From the NCBI GenBank assembly GCA_965202805.1, contig OZ241869.1:832001-896000 (forward strand): a DNA stretch of 64,000 nt. Reading direction: 5' to 3'. Source of the DNA: Longimicrobiales bacterium (GTDB lineage: Bacteria > Gemmatimonadota > Gemmatimonadetes > Longimicrobiales > Gaopeijiaceae). The notes beneath the pieces were generated by a model. The model was not told where the DNA came from, did no database searches, and saw nothing but the letters and a program-made list of their open reading frames with translations. The position numbers were made by a program, and so were the translations under genes. Numbering within the stretch: position 1 is the first letter of the stretch; the number at the start of each line of letters is the position of its first letter. Of the stretch, positions 30,801 through 41,546 are shown piece after piece.

Positions 30801-32336
30801 ATGACGAGCCTGCTCGAAGTGGTGGCGTTCGACTCCTGGATCCTGCACGTGCTGGTGTGGGGTCCGATGGCGGCGATGCTTCACGTATTGCTCGAGCGCG
30901 AGGAACGATCGGGGCACATCGCCTTCGGCTGGACGCTCGCGCTCTTCGTCGTGAGCCTCGGCCTGTGGGGATCCTTCACGGTGGGGGATCCGGGCTTTCA
31001 GATGGCGTCGAGCGTGCCCTGGATCGAAGCCTGGGGCGTCCACTACGCCCTCGGCATCGACGGCATCTCGCTGTTCATGGTGCTTCTGTCCTGCTTCACG
31101 GCCCCGATCACCATTCTCGGCTCGTTCCGCTACATAACCCGTCGCCGGAAGTCCTTCTACGCCCTCATGCTCCTGCTGCAGACGGGCATCATCGGCGTCT
31201 TCACGGCGCTGGATCTGATGCTGTTCTACGTCTTCTTCGAGCTCACCCTGGTACCGATGTACTTCATCGTCGGGGTGTGGGGGGGCAAGCGGCGCATCTA
31301 CGCGGCGGTGAAGTTCTTCCTCTACACGGCGGCGGGATCGCTGCTGATGCTGGTCGGGATCCTCTACCTCTACGCCGCGACGGCATCGGCCGGAGACGGA
31401 TCCTTCGCCTATCTCGACATCCTCGGCGTGTCCCTGTCGATGCGCGAGCAGCTCTGGCTGTTCGCCGCGTTCGCGCTTGCGTTCTCGATCAAGGTGCCGC
31501 TGTTCCCGTTCCACACCTGGCTGCCGGACGCGCACGTCGAAGCTCCCACGCCGGGCTCGGTGGTGCTGGCCGCGATCCTGCTGAAGATGGGCACCTACGG
31601 GTTCCTGCGCTTCCTTCTGCCGTTCTTCCCGGCCGCCTCCCAGCACCCCTCGGTGGTGACCGTAATGCTGGTGCTCGGTACGGCGGGCATCGTGTACGCC
31701 GCCTGGGTCGCCGCCGTGCAGCCCGACGCCAAGAAGCTGGTGGCCTACACCTCCGTGGCCCACATGGGCTTCGTGGTCATCGGCATCTTCGCCCTCACCG
31801 TGACCGGCATCCAGGGGGGGCTGGTGGTGATGATCTCGCACGGCATCTCCACCGGGGCGCTCTTCCTCATCCTGGGCATGCTGTACGAGCGCCGCCACAC
31901 CCGGCTGACCGGGGAATTCGGCGGCCTCGCGCGCGTGGCTCCCATGCTCGCCCTGGCGCTTGTGATCACCGCCCTGGCGTCCATCGGCCTTCCCGGCACG
32001 AGCGGCTTCGTCGGCGAGTTCCTGGCGCTCCTGGGCACCTTCGAGACACACCCCGTCACTGCCGTCATCGCCACCAGCGGCGTCATCTTCGCCGCCTACT
32101 ACATGCTGCCCATGGTGCAGCGGGTGCTCTTCAACGAACTGGACCGGGAGGAAAACCGGTCGATGCCCGACCTGTCCCGCCGCGAGATCTTCATCCTGTC
32201 GCCCATGGTCGCCCTCATGATCGTGATCGGGGTCGCGCCCACGCCCATCCTGGAGCGCATGGAGCCGAGCGTGGACGCCATCCTGGAGCGCGTCCACATG
32301 ACGACCCCGCCCGCCGAGGAGCCGGCCGACTCATGA
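30801..32336 (+). CDS. nuoM: NADH-quinone oxidoreductase subunit M
   Basis: 'KVPLFPFHTWLPDAHVEAPT', 'LLKMGTYG', 'GLPGTSGFVGEF'. Confidence 0.97.
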   Translation: MTSLLEVVAFDSWILHVLVWGPMAAMLHVLLEREERSGHIAFGWTLALFVVSLGLWGSFTVGDPGFQMASSVPWIEAWGVHYALGIDGISLFMVLLSCFTAPITILGSFRYITRRRKSFYALMLLLQTGIIGVFTALDLMLFYVFFELTLVPMYFIVGVWGGKRRIYAAVKFFLYTAAGSLLMLVGILYLYAATASAGDGSFAYLDILGVSLSMREQLWLFAAFALAFSIKVPLFPFHTWLPDAHVEAPTPGSVVLAAILLKMGTYGFLRFLLPFFPAASQHPSVVTVMLVLGTAGIVYAAWVAAVQPDAKKLVAYTSVAHMGFVVIGIFALTVTGIQGGLVVMISHGISTGALFLILGMLYERRHTRLTGEFGGLARVAPMLALALVITALASIGLPGTSGFVGEFLALLGTFETHPVTAVIATSGVIFAAYYMLPMVQRVLFNELDREENRSMPDLSRREIFILSPMVALMIVIGVAPTPILERMEPSVDAILERVHMTTPPAEEPADS

Positions 32337-33850
32337 CGCTCGACTTCTCCACCCCCGCGCACTACCTGCTGGCGCTGCTTCCCGAGATCGTGCTTTCGAT
32401 CTGGGGGACGGTAGTGCTGCTGGCGGGCGTCTGGAAGGGCGGCGACGGATCGTCGGCGGGGCATGCCGGCTCCGGGAATCTCGCGGTGCTGGCGATGGTG
32501 GGCGTGCTCGCGGCGGCCTTTGCGAACGGATGGCTGTACGGGCTGACGCCGGGGCAGGGAAGCACGATGATCGCGGTCGACCGCTTCCACCTCTTCGCCA
32601 ACTGGATCTTCCTGCTGGCGGCCGCCCTCGCGCTGGCCATCTCGCCCGCCTACGTGCGGCGCCAGCGGCTGCAGGAGGGGGAGTTCTACGCTCTGGTGCT
32701 CTTCGCCACCGTGGGCATGATGCTCATGGGAGGCACGCGCGACCTGATCGTCATCTTCCTCGCCCTGGAGGTGATGTCGATCAGCGCCTACGTGCTGTCC
32801 GGCTTCAACCGGCGTGATCCCAAATCGGCGGAGTCGGGGCTCAAGTACTTCCTGCTGGGCGCCTTCTCGACCGGCTTTCTGCTCTACGGGATCGCGCTGG
32901 TATACGGAGCCACCGGAAGCACCAACCTCGGGCTCATCGCGCTCGCCATCGGTTCGGATGCGGCCGTGGCCGGGCTGCTGCACGTCGGCATTGCGCTGCT
33001 GGCCATCGGTTTCGCCTTCAAGGTCTCGGCGATCCCCTTCCACATGTGGACGCCCGATGTCTACGAGGGTGCCCCTTCGCCCGTGACGGCGTTCATGTCG
33101 GCCAGCGTCAAGGCGGCCGCGTTCGTCGCCTTCGCCCGCGTCTTCCTGGTCGGCTTCGGCGGCATCCCCGAGAGCTGGTACGCAATCGGCTGGTGGCTCG
33201 CGGCGCTCACCATGGTGATCGCCAACGCAGTCGCCCTGGCTCAGACCAACGTGAAACGGCTGCTGGCCTACTCCAGCATCGCCCACGCCGGCTATCTGCT
33301 GGTGGCCATCGTTGCCCTCAACCAGAACGCCACCGCGGGACTCCTGTTCTACCTGCTCGTCTACACGGCGATGAACATCGGCGCCTTTGCCGTGATCCTG
33401 TGCGTTTCCGGTCACGGCGAGGAGCGGCTCGGGATCGATCGCTATGCGGGCCTGGGAGCAAGCCACCCCGCGCTGGCGGTCTGCCTGACGATCTTTCTCC
33501 TCTCCCTCGCCGGCTTCCCCGGCACGGGCGGATTCATGGGCAAGATCTTCATCCTGCAGGGAGCGGCCGAGGCCGGACTCTGGACCCTTTCCGTCATTTT
33601 CGTCCTCACGACCGTGGTGTCGTACTATTACTACCTGCGGATCGCATGGTACATGTGGATGCGGGAAGGCACGGGCTCCGGCGAGCCCGATCCGGTGACG
33701 GTGCCTCTTACCATGCGCTTCGCCATGGGAGCGGCGGTCGCGGTGGTCATCGGTCTGGGCGTCTTCCCGGGCGGAGGCGTGAACTTCGCCCGCGCGGGTG
33801 CGGAAGGCCTTCTGACCGCCGGGGCACTCCTCCTCGGCGCCGCCCCCTAG
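32333..33850 (+). CDS. nuoN: NADH-quinone oxidoreductase subunit N
   Basis: 'ESGLKYFLLG', 'PFHMWTPDVYEGAP', 'KRLLAYSSIAHAGY'. ATG at 32333. Confidence 0.97.
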   Translation: MTLDFSTPAHYLLALLPEIVLSIWGTVVLLAGVWKGGDGSSAGHAGSGNLAVLAMVGVLAAAFANGWLYGLTPGQGSTMIAVDRFHLFANWIFLLAAALALAISPAYVRRQRLQEGEFYALVLFATVGMMLMGGTRDLIVIFLALEVMSISAYVLSGFNRRDPKSAESGLKYFLLGAFSTGFLLYGIALVYGATGSTNLGLIALAIGSDAAVAGLLHVGIALLAIGFAFKVSAIPFHMWTPDVYEGAPSPVTAFMSASVKAAAFVAFARVFLVGFGGIPESWYAIGWWLAALTMVIANAVALAQTNVKRLLAYSSIAHAGYLLVAIVALNQNATAGLLFYLLVYTAMNIGAFAVILCVSGHGEERLGIDRYAGLGASHPALAVCLTIFLLSLAGFPGTGGFMGKIFILQGAAEAGLWTLSVIFVLTTVVSYYYYLRIAWYMWMREGTGSGEPDPVTVPLTMRFAMGAAVAVVIGLGVFPGGGVNFARAGAEGLLTAGALLLGAAP

Positions 33851-33951
33851 GGATGACTGCGGCGCGCTCCCGCGCTGGCGCGCGGCGGCGGATCGCCCGG
33901 CATCCGCGAGACATCAGACGGCACGCAACCAACTTCGGGCCTGTACCGGTT

Positions 33952-35322
33952 TTGAGCTTTTCTCCCGAAATCTTCCGGCAATACGACATTCGGGGCATCG
34001 TAGGCGAAACCATCGATGTCGACGTGGCCCGCGCCACCGGCAGCGCTTTCGCGGCGACGGTCGGCGAACGGGCGGGTGATGACCAACCGCGCGTGGTGGT
34101 CGGGAGCGACAACCGCCCCAGCTCGGACGGCCTGGCCGACGCCCTCTCGGAGGGGATCTGCTCGGGAGGCGGGCGCGTCATTCGGCTCGGCACCGTGCCC
34201 ACGCCCGTGACCTACTGGGCCGAACGCGAGCTGGAAGCGGACGCCAGCGTTCAGATCACCGGCAGCCACAATCCCGCCGAATGGAACGGCATCAAGATGA
34301 CCATCGGGGGACGCCCTCTCTACGGCGACGGGATCCAGGCACTGCGCAGGCGCATCGATGGGGGAGAGGCGACTCGCGGGCCCGGCAACGGGGAAAGCGT
34401 GGACATCCTCGATCGGTACATCGCCGATGTCGCCCGGCGGTTCGAGGGTACCAGCCCGATCAAGGTGGTCGTGGACTGCGGCAACGCTTCCGGGGCGCTC
34501 ACCGCGGTGCCGGTGCTGGAGGCGATCGGAGCCGAAGTGGTCCCTCTCTACTGCGAACTGGACGGGACCTTCCCCAACCATCATCCAGACCCCACGGTGG
34601 ACGAGAACATCGTGGATCTGGCCGCCACGGTCCGCGAGACCGGAGCGGACCTGGGCGTCGGCTTCGACGGCGATGCCGACCGCATCGGAGTCGTGGACGA
34701 GACCGGTACGGTGGTCCGCGGCGACATCCTGCTCCTCCTCTTCGGCCTCGAGGTGCTCGAGCGCCGGGGTCCGGGTCAGACGCTGGTTTTCGACGTGAAG
34801 TGCTCCCAGGCGGTGCCGCGCGTGTTCGAGGCCGCGGGGGGCGTCCCCGTGATGTGGGCGACCGGGCACTCGCTCATCAAGGAAAAGATGCATGCCACCG
34901 GAGCCGTCATCGGGGGCGAGCTCTCCGGCCACATCTGCTTCGCGGACGAGTTCATCGGCGTGGACGACGCCGTCTACGCCGCGTGCCGGCTTCTGCGCCT
35001 GCTGGCCTCGTCCGGGCGCCCCCTCTCGGCGCTGGTGGCGGACCTGCCGCGTTACGCATCCACGCCCGAGTACCGTATCGAGGTGGCCGAGCACGTCAAA
35101 CGCGACATCGCCGAGGCCGCGCGCGAACACTTTTCCCGGAGCTACGAGGTGATTGCAGTGGACGGGGCACGCATCCTTTTCGACGGGGGCTGGGGTCTGC
35201 TGAGAGCGTCCAATACCCAGCCCGTGCTGGCGGCGCGCTACGAAGCCGACACCGATGCCCGCCTGGGGGAAATCCAGCGCGAAGTCGAGGACTGGCTCCG
35301 GGCCAGGGGCGTCGATGTCTGA
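33952..35322 (+). CDS. Phosphomannomutase/phosphoglucomutase (AlgC-like)
   Basis: 'IFRQYDIRG', phosphoserine loop 'TGSHNP', 'FDGDADR', 'GELSGH', 'RASNTQP'. Start uncertain: TTG 33952 or ATG 33853. Confidence 0.93.
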   Translation: MSFSPEIFRQYDIRGIVGETIDVDVARATGSAFAATVGERAGDDQPRVVVGSDNRPSSDGLADALSEGICSGGGRVIRLGTVPTPVTYWAERELEADASVQITGSHNPAEWNGIKMTIGGRPLYGDGIQALRRRIDGGEATRGPGNGESVDILDRYIADVARRFEGTSPIKVVVDCGNASGALTAVPVLEAIGAEVVPLYCELDGTFPNHHPDPTVDENIVDLAATVRETGADLGVGFDGDADRIGVVDETGTVVRGDILLLLFGLEVLERRGPGQTLVFDVKCSQAVPRVFEAAGGVPVMWATGHSLIKEKMHATGAVIGGELSGHICFADEFIGVDDAVYAACRLLRLLASSGRPLSALVADLPRYASTPEYRIEVAEHVKRDIAEAAREHFSRSYEVIAVDGARILFDGGWGLLRASNTQPVLAARYEADTDARLGEIQREVEDWLRARGVDV

Positions 35323-38086
35323 GGCGCGCCCTCGTCCGTGGCGCGGCGGCCGGATTCTGGTCGTCTCGATCGTGGTCGCCACCGCGGTCCTTCTGCTGGC
35401 GCGGGAGGCCACCGACCTCTACGTGGAGGTCCTCTGGTTCGGGGCCAACGGTTATCTCGACGTCTTCTGGACCCGCGTGCTGGCGCGCTGGGGGGTGCGC
35501 ATCCTGGTCATGCTGGCCGTCGGCGCGATGGTCTACGCGAACGTGCGCCTGTTCGCGGTCGCGGTACGCGCGCTGAGGATCCGCAGGCGCTTCGCCAATC
35601 TGGAGATATCCGAGAGAATCCCCGGCGTCTGGATCTCGCGCGGCACGCTCGTCCTCTCGGTGCTGGCGGCGCTCTGGTTCAGCGCCGTGGTCCCGCCCGA
35701 AGCAGGACTGGCGCTGCTGCTCCTGCTGCGAGCCCCCGCGTGGGGGTTGAGTGACCCGGTTCTGGGACACGACCTGTCCTTCTACATCTTCGCCCTGCCG
35801 GTGATGAGCGGGATCGTCGCGTTCGCGCTCCTGCTGATCTTCTTCCTCTTCAGTCTGTCGATCGCCGTTTACGCCGCCACCGGCGCGCTCCGTCTTACGC
35901 GCAAGGGGGTCCGGCTGGAAGACCTGGCTCGCCGGCACCTCACCCTCCTGGTCACGACGTTCCTGGTCCTGCTGGCCGTCCGCTTCCAGATCGCGCGCTA
36001 CATCCTGCTGCTCGACGGCAACTCCGGCGTACAGGGGCTGTTCGGGTTCACCGACGCGGTCGCCCGGCTGCCCTCCCTGACGGCGCTCGCGGTGGTCGCG
36101 CTGGGCTCCGCGGTGCTGGTGGCGTGGGGCGGGGCGCGACGCAGGGTCGTCCCCACCGCGGCCGGGCTGGGCGCCATCGTCGTGGGCACGGTCGTGCTCG
36201 CCCAGCTCTACCCGGCGACCGTGCAGCGCTTTCGCGTCGAACCCAACGAGCTCGAGAGCGAGACCCCCCATATCGAGCACAACCTGGAATTCACGCGCAT
36301 GGGGTTCGGGCTCGACCAGCTGCGACGTGAACGATTCGACTACCGCGGGACGACCGAAGAACCACGTGCGATGGCCGTCGCCGCCCAGTTCGCCGGGCTC
36401 CCGGTGTGGACTCCGGGCGCGCTCCTGAGCACCTACCGGCAGCTGGAGGCCCGCTTCCGCTACTACGAGTTCAGCGACGTCACCATCGACCGCTACCAGG
36501 GCCCCGGCGGCCTAGTGCCGGTTGCGCTTGCCGTGCGCGAGATCGAGCCCGGCGGCATTGAGGACCGCAACTGGCAGAACCTCCACATTCGCGAGCGCTA
36601 CATCGCCGGAATGGGCGCTGTGGCCAGCGCGGCCGGGGAACACACCCCCGAAGGGCGGCCGTCGCCGATCCTGTCGGCCATCCCTCCCGAATTCGCGGAA
36701 GGCGTGGCTGCGCCCGAGAGACTGCGCCTGGTGCGCCCCTCGGTGTTCTTCGGCATCCGCCCGCAGGCCTACGCCATCATCAACCCGACCGCCGAGGCAT
36801 TTCTCGACCCCGAAGGCAGACCCGGTCAGGCCGGCGTGGACTACCCGGAAGGCATCCTGCTCGATTCCTGGCTGCGGAAGGTGTTCCTGGCGCTCCGCTT
36901 CCGCGATGCGGACCTGCTGTTCGCCTCCGAGGTCTCGCCCCGGAGCCGTTTCGTATTTCGCCGCCAGGTGACGGCGCGGGCGCGCGACATCGCCCCCTTC
37001 CTGCGCTTTCCCCAGGCACCCTATCCGGTCGTGCACGAAGGCCGCGTCGTGTGGATGCTGGACGCGTTCACCGCAACCCGCCACTTCCCGCTCGCGAGCG
37101 CCTACGAGCTCGAACCGCGAGCTCCGGTGAGTTATGTGCGCAACAGCGTCAAGGTCACCGTGGACGGGGTGACGGGCCGCACTTCCTTCTACGTGGCGGA
37201 CGAGAACGACCCGCTGCTCGAAGGCTATCGGCGCACTCTTCCCGGCCTCTTCCAGCCCATGGAGGAGATGCCTCCCGGGCTCCGCGAGCACATTCGCTAT
37301 CCGCGCGAACTGCTCAGCCTGCAGGGCCGGGTGCTGTTCCAGTATCATCTGGAGACAGCCCCTTCCTTCCACGGCCAGGAAGATGTGTGGGCGCCCGCCA
37401 CGGAGCTCGCCCAGGGCACCAATCCCGTCCCCTACCGGCCCGAGTACGGCATCTACCGGCTTCCGGGCGAACAGGAGCCGGAGTACCTGTTGAGCACCGC
37501 CTTCGTCCCCGCCGGCCGCCAGAATCTGACCGCGCTGCTGGTCGCGCGCAGCGACGGAGACCATTACGGCGAGCTCATCCTGTACGACGTCCCGGTCGAG
37601 GAGCAGGTGCCGGGTCCCCGCCTGGTGGAAGCGCTCGTGGAGCAGGATCCCTCCATCTCCCAGCAGCTCTCGCTCTGGCGCCAGGGGGGAAGCGATGTCT
37701 GGACGGGCCATCTGCACATCGTGCCCGTGGACGGCACGCTGATGTACATGGAACCGATCTTTCTGGCCGCCGAATCGGACGCGATTCCCGAACTGCGCCA
37801 GTTCGTGGTCAGCGACGGCCGCCGGGTGGCGATGCAACCGACCCTGGACGCCACCCTCGCCGCGCTTGCCGCCGTGACTCCACTCGCAGAGGAGACAAGC
37901 AGCGCTCCGGACCCGGGCGAGTTGCGGGAGCTGGCGGCCGACACGTCGACCTGGCCTGCCGACGCCCTCGACCTGCTCGACCGCGCGGAGGAGGCGCTCC
38001 GGGCAGGAGATTTCGCCGGTTTCGGCGCGCGCCTCGGCGAGTTGCGCGACCTCCTGGAGCGCTTCGAAGACCAGGCCGGTTCATGA
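35315..38086 (+). CDS. UPF0182 family membrane protein
   Basis: N-terminal TM bundle; 'LWF...GY..VF', 'DPVLGHDLSFYIF', 'VEPNELESE', 'YVRNSVKVTVD', 'HIRYP'. Confidence 0.92.
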   Translation: MSEARPRPWRGGRILVVSIVVATAVLLLAREATDLYVEVLWFGANGYLDVFWTRVLARWGVRILVMLAVGAMVYANVRLFAVAVRALRIRRRFANLEISERIPGVWISRGTLVLSVLAALWFSAVVPPEAGLALLLLLRAPAWGLSDPVLGHDLSFYIFALPVMSGIVAFALLLIFFLFSLSIAVYAATGALRLTRKGVRLEDLARRHLTLLVTTFLVLLAVRFQIARYILLLDGNSGVQGLFGFTDAVARLPSLTALAVVALGSAVLVAWGGARRRVVPTAAGLGAIVVGTVVLAQLYPATVQRFRVEPNELESETPHIEHNLEFTRMGFGLDQLRRERFDYRGTTEEPRAMAVAAQFAGLPVWTPGALLSTYRQLEARFRYYEFSDVTIDRYQGPGGLVPVALAVREIEPGGIEDRNWQNLHIRERYIAGMGAVASAAGEHTPEGRPSPILSAIPPEFAEGVAAPERLRLVRPSVFFGIRPQAYAIINPTAEAFLDPEGRPGQAGVDYPEGILLDSWLRKVFLALRFRDADLLFASEVSPRSRFVFRRQVTARARDIAPFLRFPQAPYPVVHEGRVVWMLDAFTATRHFPLASAYELEPRAPVSYVRNSVKVTVDGVTGRTSFYVADENDPLLEGYRRTLPGLFQPMEEMPPGLREHIRYPRELLSLQGRVLFQYHLETAPSFHGQEDVWAPATELAQGTNPVPYRPEYGIYRLPGEQEPEYLLSTAFVPAGRQNLTALLVARSDGDHYGELILYDVPVEEQVPGPRLVEALVEQDPSISQQLSLWRQGGSDVWTGHLHIVPVDGTLMYMEPIFLAAESDAIPELRQFVVSDGRRVAMQPTLDATLAALAAVTPLAEETSSAPDPGELRELAADTSTWPADALDLLDRAEEALRAGDFAGFGARLGELRDLLERFEDQAGS

Positions 38087-38219
38087 GTCGTGCCGGCTTC
38101 TTGATCAGGAGCCGAGGTCCGGGTAACTTGGCCGGTCGCCCCTTCCTGCGTCCTTCCGAAAGCATCCTCGCCGACGGGATCGTCGCGATGGCATCCTCCT
38201 TCCCCGCGGAGAAAACCGA

Positions 38220-39353
38220 GTGAACCTGCACGAGTTCCAGGCAAGGGAGCTCTTCCACGGCGCGGGCATGCCGGTGCCTCCGGGCCGGGTCGCGACCACG
38301 CCCGGGGAAGCCGCGGCAATCGCCGTCGCCCTGGGCGGTGCGGCCGTGGTCAAGGCCCAGGTGCACTCGGGGGGCAGAGGCAAGGCGGGAGGCGTCAAGC
38401 TGGCCGCTACTCCCGAGGAGGCCGAGGCGCACGCCCGCGCCATTCTGGGGATGACGATCCGGGGACACACCGTGCACAAGGTCCTGCTGGTGCCTCTGGA
38501 GAAGATCGCGAGCGAGCGCTACGTCGGCATCCTGGTCGACCGGGCCGTGCAGGCGCCGCTCTTCATGGTGTCGCGGGAAGGGGGCGTGGACATCGAGGAG
38601 GTCGCGGCCAACAACCCCTCCGCCATCACCAGGCTGCGCGTCGACCCGCGCTTCGGCCTCCTGCCCCATCAGGCGTACCGGCTGGGGAGAGCGCTCTTCG
38701 ACGAGCCGCCCCTGGTGCGCCAGTGTGCGACCGTGCTCTCGCAGCTCTACCAGGTGTTCGTGAAGAACGGGGCATCCCTGTGCGAGGTGAATCCCCTCAT
38801 CGCCACGGAGGCGGGGGAAGTGAAGGCCATCGACGCCAAGGTCACGATCGACGGCAACGAGCTCTTCCGCCGGCCGGAACTCGAGTCCCTGCGCGACCTG
38901 GACGCGGAGCCCCCGGCGGAGACGCAAGCCCGCGCGGCCGGCCTCAGCTTCGTGAAGCTCGACGGCAACGTGGGATGCTGCGTCAACGGAGCCGGCCTGG
39001 CGATGGCGACCATGGATCTGGTCAAGTACTACGGCGGCGAGCCGGCCAACTTCCTCGACATCGGCGGATCGTCCAGCCCGGACAAGGTCGTGGCCGCGCT
39101 CGAGATCATCACGGCCGATCCCGGCGTGCAGGTCATCCTGTTCAACATCTTCGGCGGCATCACGCGCTGCGACGACGTGGCGCGCGGGATCGTCGAGGCC
39201 ACGAAACGCGCCGACATTCGCGCACCCATCCTGATCCGCCTGACGGGCACCAACGAGGCCGAAGCCCGGGAAATCCTCGCGGCCGAAGGCTTCTCCACCT
39301 TCACCTCGATGGACGACGTGGTGCGCGCGGCGGTGAAGAGGGCAGCCGCGTGA
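38220..39353 (+). CDS. sucC: Succinyl-CoA ligase beta subunit
   Basis: 'MNLHEFQA', 'KAQVHSGGRGKAGGVK', 'VNGAGLAMATMD', 'NIFGGITRCD'. Confidence 0.97.
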   Translation: MNLHEFQARELFHGAGMPVPPGRVATTPGEAAAIAVALGGAAVVKAQVHSGGRGKAGGVKLAATPEEAEAHARAILGMTIRGHTVHKVLLVPLEKIASERYVGILVDRAVQAPLFMVSREGGVDIEEVAANNPSAITRLRVDPRFGLLPHQAYRLGRALFDEPPLVRQCATVLSQLYQVFVKNGASLCEVNPLIATEAGEVKAIDAKVTIDGNELFRRPELESLRDLDAEPPAETQARAAGLSFVKLDGNVGCCVNGAGLAMATMDLVKYYGGEPANFLDIGGSSSPDKVVAALEIITADPGVQVILFNIFGGITRCDDVARGIVEATKRADIRAPILIRLTGTNEAEAREILAAEGFSTFTSMDDVVRAAVKRAAA

Positions 39354-39413
39354 CGCTCCTCCTCCGGCAACAGCCTTCGCAGGCTTCCTTCCCACAACCC
39401 ACGGTCCCGCTCC

Positions 39414-40298
39414 ATGTCGATCTTCGTTGACCAATCCACGCGAGTGGTGGCACAGGGCATCACCGGCCGCGACGGATCCTTCCACACCGCCCGAATGATC
39501 GAATACGGCACGCGCGTGGTCGCGGGAGTCACGCCGGGGAAGGGAGGTCGCGTGGTCCAGGGTCCGGGAGGCGCGCGCGTGCCCGTCTTCGACACGATGA
39601 ACGAGGCGGTTGCGGAATCGGGAGCAAACACCTCCGCCATCTACGTGCCGCCGCCCTTCGCTGCCAGCGCGATCATGGAGGCCGCGGAATCGGGCGTCGA
39701 GTTCATCGTCTGCATTACCGAGGGCGTCCCGGTGCTCGATATGGCGCACGCCCATGCCTTCGTCGCCGACCGCGGCGTGCGGTTGCTGGGACCCAATTGC
39801 CCGGGAGTGATTTCGCCCGGCAAGGCTACGGTGGGGATCATCTCCGGAGACATCGTGACATCGGGTCCGGTGGGCGTGGTGTCGCGCTCGGGCACGCTCA
39901 CGTACGAGGCGGTCGGGCAGCTCACCGGCGCGGGCATCGGCCAGACCACCTGCGTGGGCATCGGGGGCGACCCCATCATCGGCACCACCTTCATCGACTG
40001 CCTGAAGGCCTTCGCCGAAGACGGAGAGACGCGGGCGGTCGTGATGATCGGCGAGATCGGGGGCACGGACGAACAGGAAGCGGCCGAATTCGCCGGGCGC
40101 TGTCTCGATTTGCCGATCGTGGGCTTCATCGCGGGCCAGACCGCGCCCCCGGGCCGCCGCATGGGACATGCGGGCGCCATCATCAGCGGTTCCTCCGGGA
40201 CCGCGGAGGAGAAGATCAGGGCCTTTCGCGAGAACGGGATCGGGGTCGCGCAACGGCCGGTCGACATCGTGCATCTCACCCGGGAAGCCCTGCGATGA
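39414..40298 (+). CDS. sucD: Succinyl-CoA ligase alpha subunit
   Basis: 'QGITG', 'GPNCPG', 'SRSGTLTYE', 'RMGHAGAI'. Confidence 0.97.
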   Translation: MSIFVDQSTRVVAQGITGRDGSFHTARMIEYGTRVVAGVTPGKGGRVVQGPGGARVPVFDTMNEAVAESGANTSAIYVPPPFAASAIMEAAESGVEFIVCITEGVPVLDMAHAHAFVADRGVRLLGPNCPGVISPGKATVGIISGDIVTSGPVGVVSRSGTLTYEAVGQLTGAGIGQTTCVGIGGDPIIGTTFIDCLKAFAEDGETRAVVMIGEIGGTDEQEAAEFAGRCLDLPIVGFIAGQTAPPGRRMGHAGAIISGSSGTAEEKIRAFRENGIGVAQRPVDIVHLTREALR

Positions 40299-40720
40299 GC
40301 CTGACACTCGCCATCATCAAGCCTGACGCCGTCGCTTCGGGAAACACGGGAGCCATCCTCGCCCATCTGGAAGGGGCGGGCTTCCGCATTCGCTGCCTCC
40401 GCATGACGCAGCTCTCGCGGACACAGGCGGCCGCCTTCTACTCGGTGCATCGGGAGCGGCCCTTCTTCGATTCCCTGGTCGCCTTCATGACCTCCGGCCC
40501 CATCGTGCCCCTGGTGCTCGAGGCCGAGAACGCCGTGCCCCGGTTTCGCGAAGCCATCGGGGCCACCGATCCGGCCGAGGCAGCTCCCGGCACCGTGCGC
40601 GCGCTCTACGCGGAGTCGAAGGAGCGCAATGCCGTCCACGGGTCCGACTCGGATGCCAACGCCGCGCTCGAGATCGACTTCTTCTTTTCGCGGCACGAGC
40701 GCCTGGCAGTCCGTGGATGA
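40295..40720 (+). CDS. ndk: Nucleoside diphosphate kinase
   Basis: '[10 protein letters not shown]', 'HRERPFF', 'NAVHGSDS'. ATG at 40295. Confidence 0.97.
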   Translation: MSLTLAIIKPDAVASGNTGAILAHLEGAGFRIRCLRMTQLSRTQAAAFYSVHRERPFFDSLVAFMTSGPIVPLVLEAENAVPRFREAIGATDPAEAAPGTVRALYAESKERNAVHGSDSDANAALEIDFFFSRHERLAVRG

Positions 40721-40775
40721 ATCCGCTCGAAAGCCGGGGGGAGGTCGTCCACAGGCTGCGGGGAATCGTATCGCG

Positions 40776-40805
40776 TTGACGGGGCGCCGTGTGCAACGCT
40801 AGCTT
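40776..40805 (+). promoter_or_regulatory. Putative sigma70 promoter of the yceD-rpmF-plsX-fab operon
   Basis: TTGACG (40776-40781), 18-bp spacer, TAGCTT (40800-40805). Same -10 hexamer as the nuo candidate. Confidence 0.5.
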
Positions 40806-40813
40806 TTTACGCT

Positions 40814-41326
40814 ATGCTGCACTTGAACTTGAACGCGCTCGACCGCGCGGGTACGCTCCAGTTGCGAGCGGCTTGCCCGGCCGCCGATTTCGCCCTTGGG
40901 AGACCGGGTCCGGAACTGTCCGAGCCCGTCCGCGTGACCCTGACGGCGAAGTCCATGGCCGCGGGCCAGGTCATGGTCCAGGGAAGGATGTCGACCACCC
41001 TGGCGCAGGTATGCCGGCGCTGCCTGAAGCCCATCGCGCAGGCCTTCGCGCTGCCGATCAGGCTTATCTTCGTTCCCGACGATGAATCCGATTGCGAGGA
41101 CGACGGGGAGGTGCACACCTTCCCGGCGCATCTGGCCAAACTGGACATCGGCGGCCCGCTGCGGGAGGAGTTCGCCCTCGCGGCGCCGATGTACGCGGAA
41201 TGCCGCCCCGACTGCCGGGGGCTGTGTCCGGCGTGCGGTTCAAACCGAAACACGGCCCGGTGCGAGTGCACCGCACCGGATGTCGATGCCCGATGGGAGA
41301 AGCTGCGGGCCCTCATGAATCACTAG
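40814..41326 (+). CDS. yceD: DUF177/YceD family protein
   Basis: 'CRRCL', 'CRPDCRGLCPACG.NRN...C.C', 'DARWEKL'; directly upstream of rpmF. Confidence 0.9.
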   Translation: MLHLNLNALDRAGTLQLRAACPAADFALGRPGPELSEPVRVTLTAKSMAAGQVMVQGRMSTTLAQVCRRCLKPIAQAFALPIRLIFVPDDESDCEDDGEVHTFPAHLAKLDIGGPLREEFALAAPMYAECRPDCRGLCPACGSNRNTARCECTAPDVDARWEKLRALMNH

Positions 41327-41338
41327 AACGAAAAAGCC

Positions 41339-41521
41339 ATGGCCGTACCGAAGCGTCGTACATCCAAGCAGCGGCAGCGCAAGCGCCGCACGCACATTCG
41401 AGCCGAACCCGTCGCGGTATGGAGCTGCCCGCGCTGCGACGATCCGCAGATCCCGCACCGCGTGTGTCCCACCTGCGGTTACTACCGGGATCGTCTGGTC
41501 ATCGACGTCGAGCTGGACTGA
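41339..41521 (+). CDS. rpmF: 50S ribosomal protein L32 (Zn-binding form)
   Basis: 'MAVPKRRTSK', 'CPRC...PHRVCPTCGYY'. Confidence 0.97.
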   Translation: MAVPKRRTSKQRQRKRRTHIRAEPVAVWSCPRCDDPQIPHRVCPTCGYYRDRLVIDVELD

Positions 41522-41546
41522 CCACGCCGGCGGCGACCGGTCCACC

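Noticed and set aside
38083..38223. Short ORF bridging UPF0182 and sucC with stop/start overlaps
   Set aside because: 46 aa with no recognisable features or RBS; more likely the sucC promoter/leader region.
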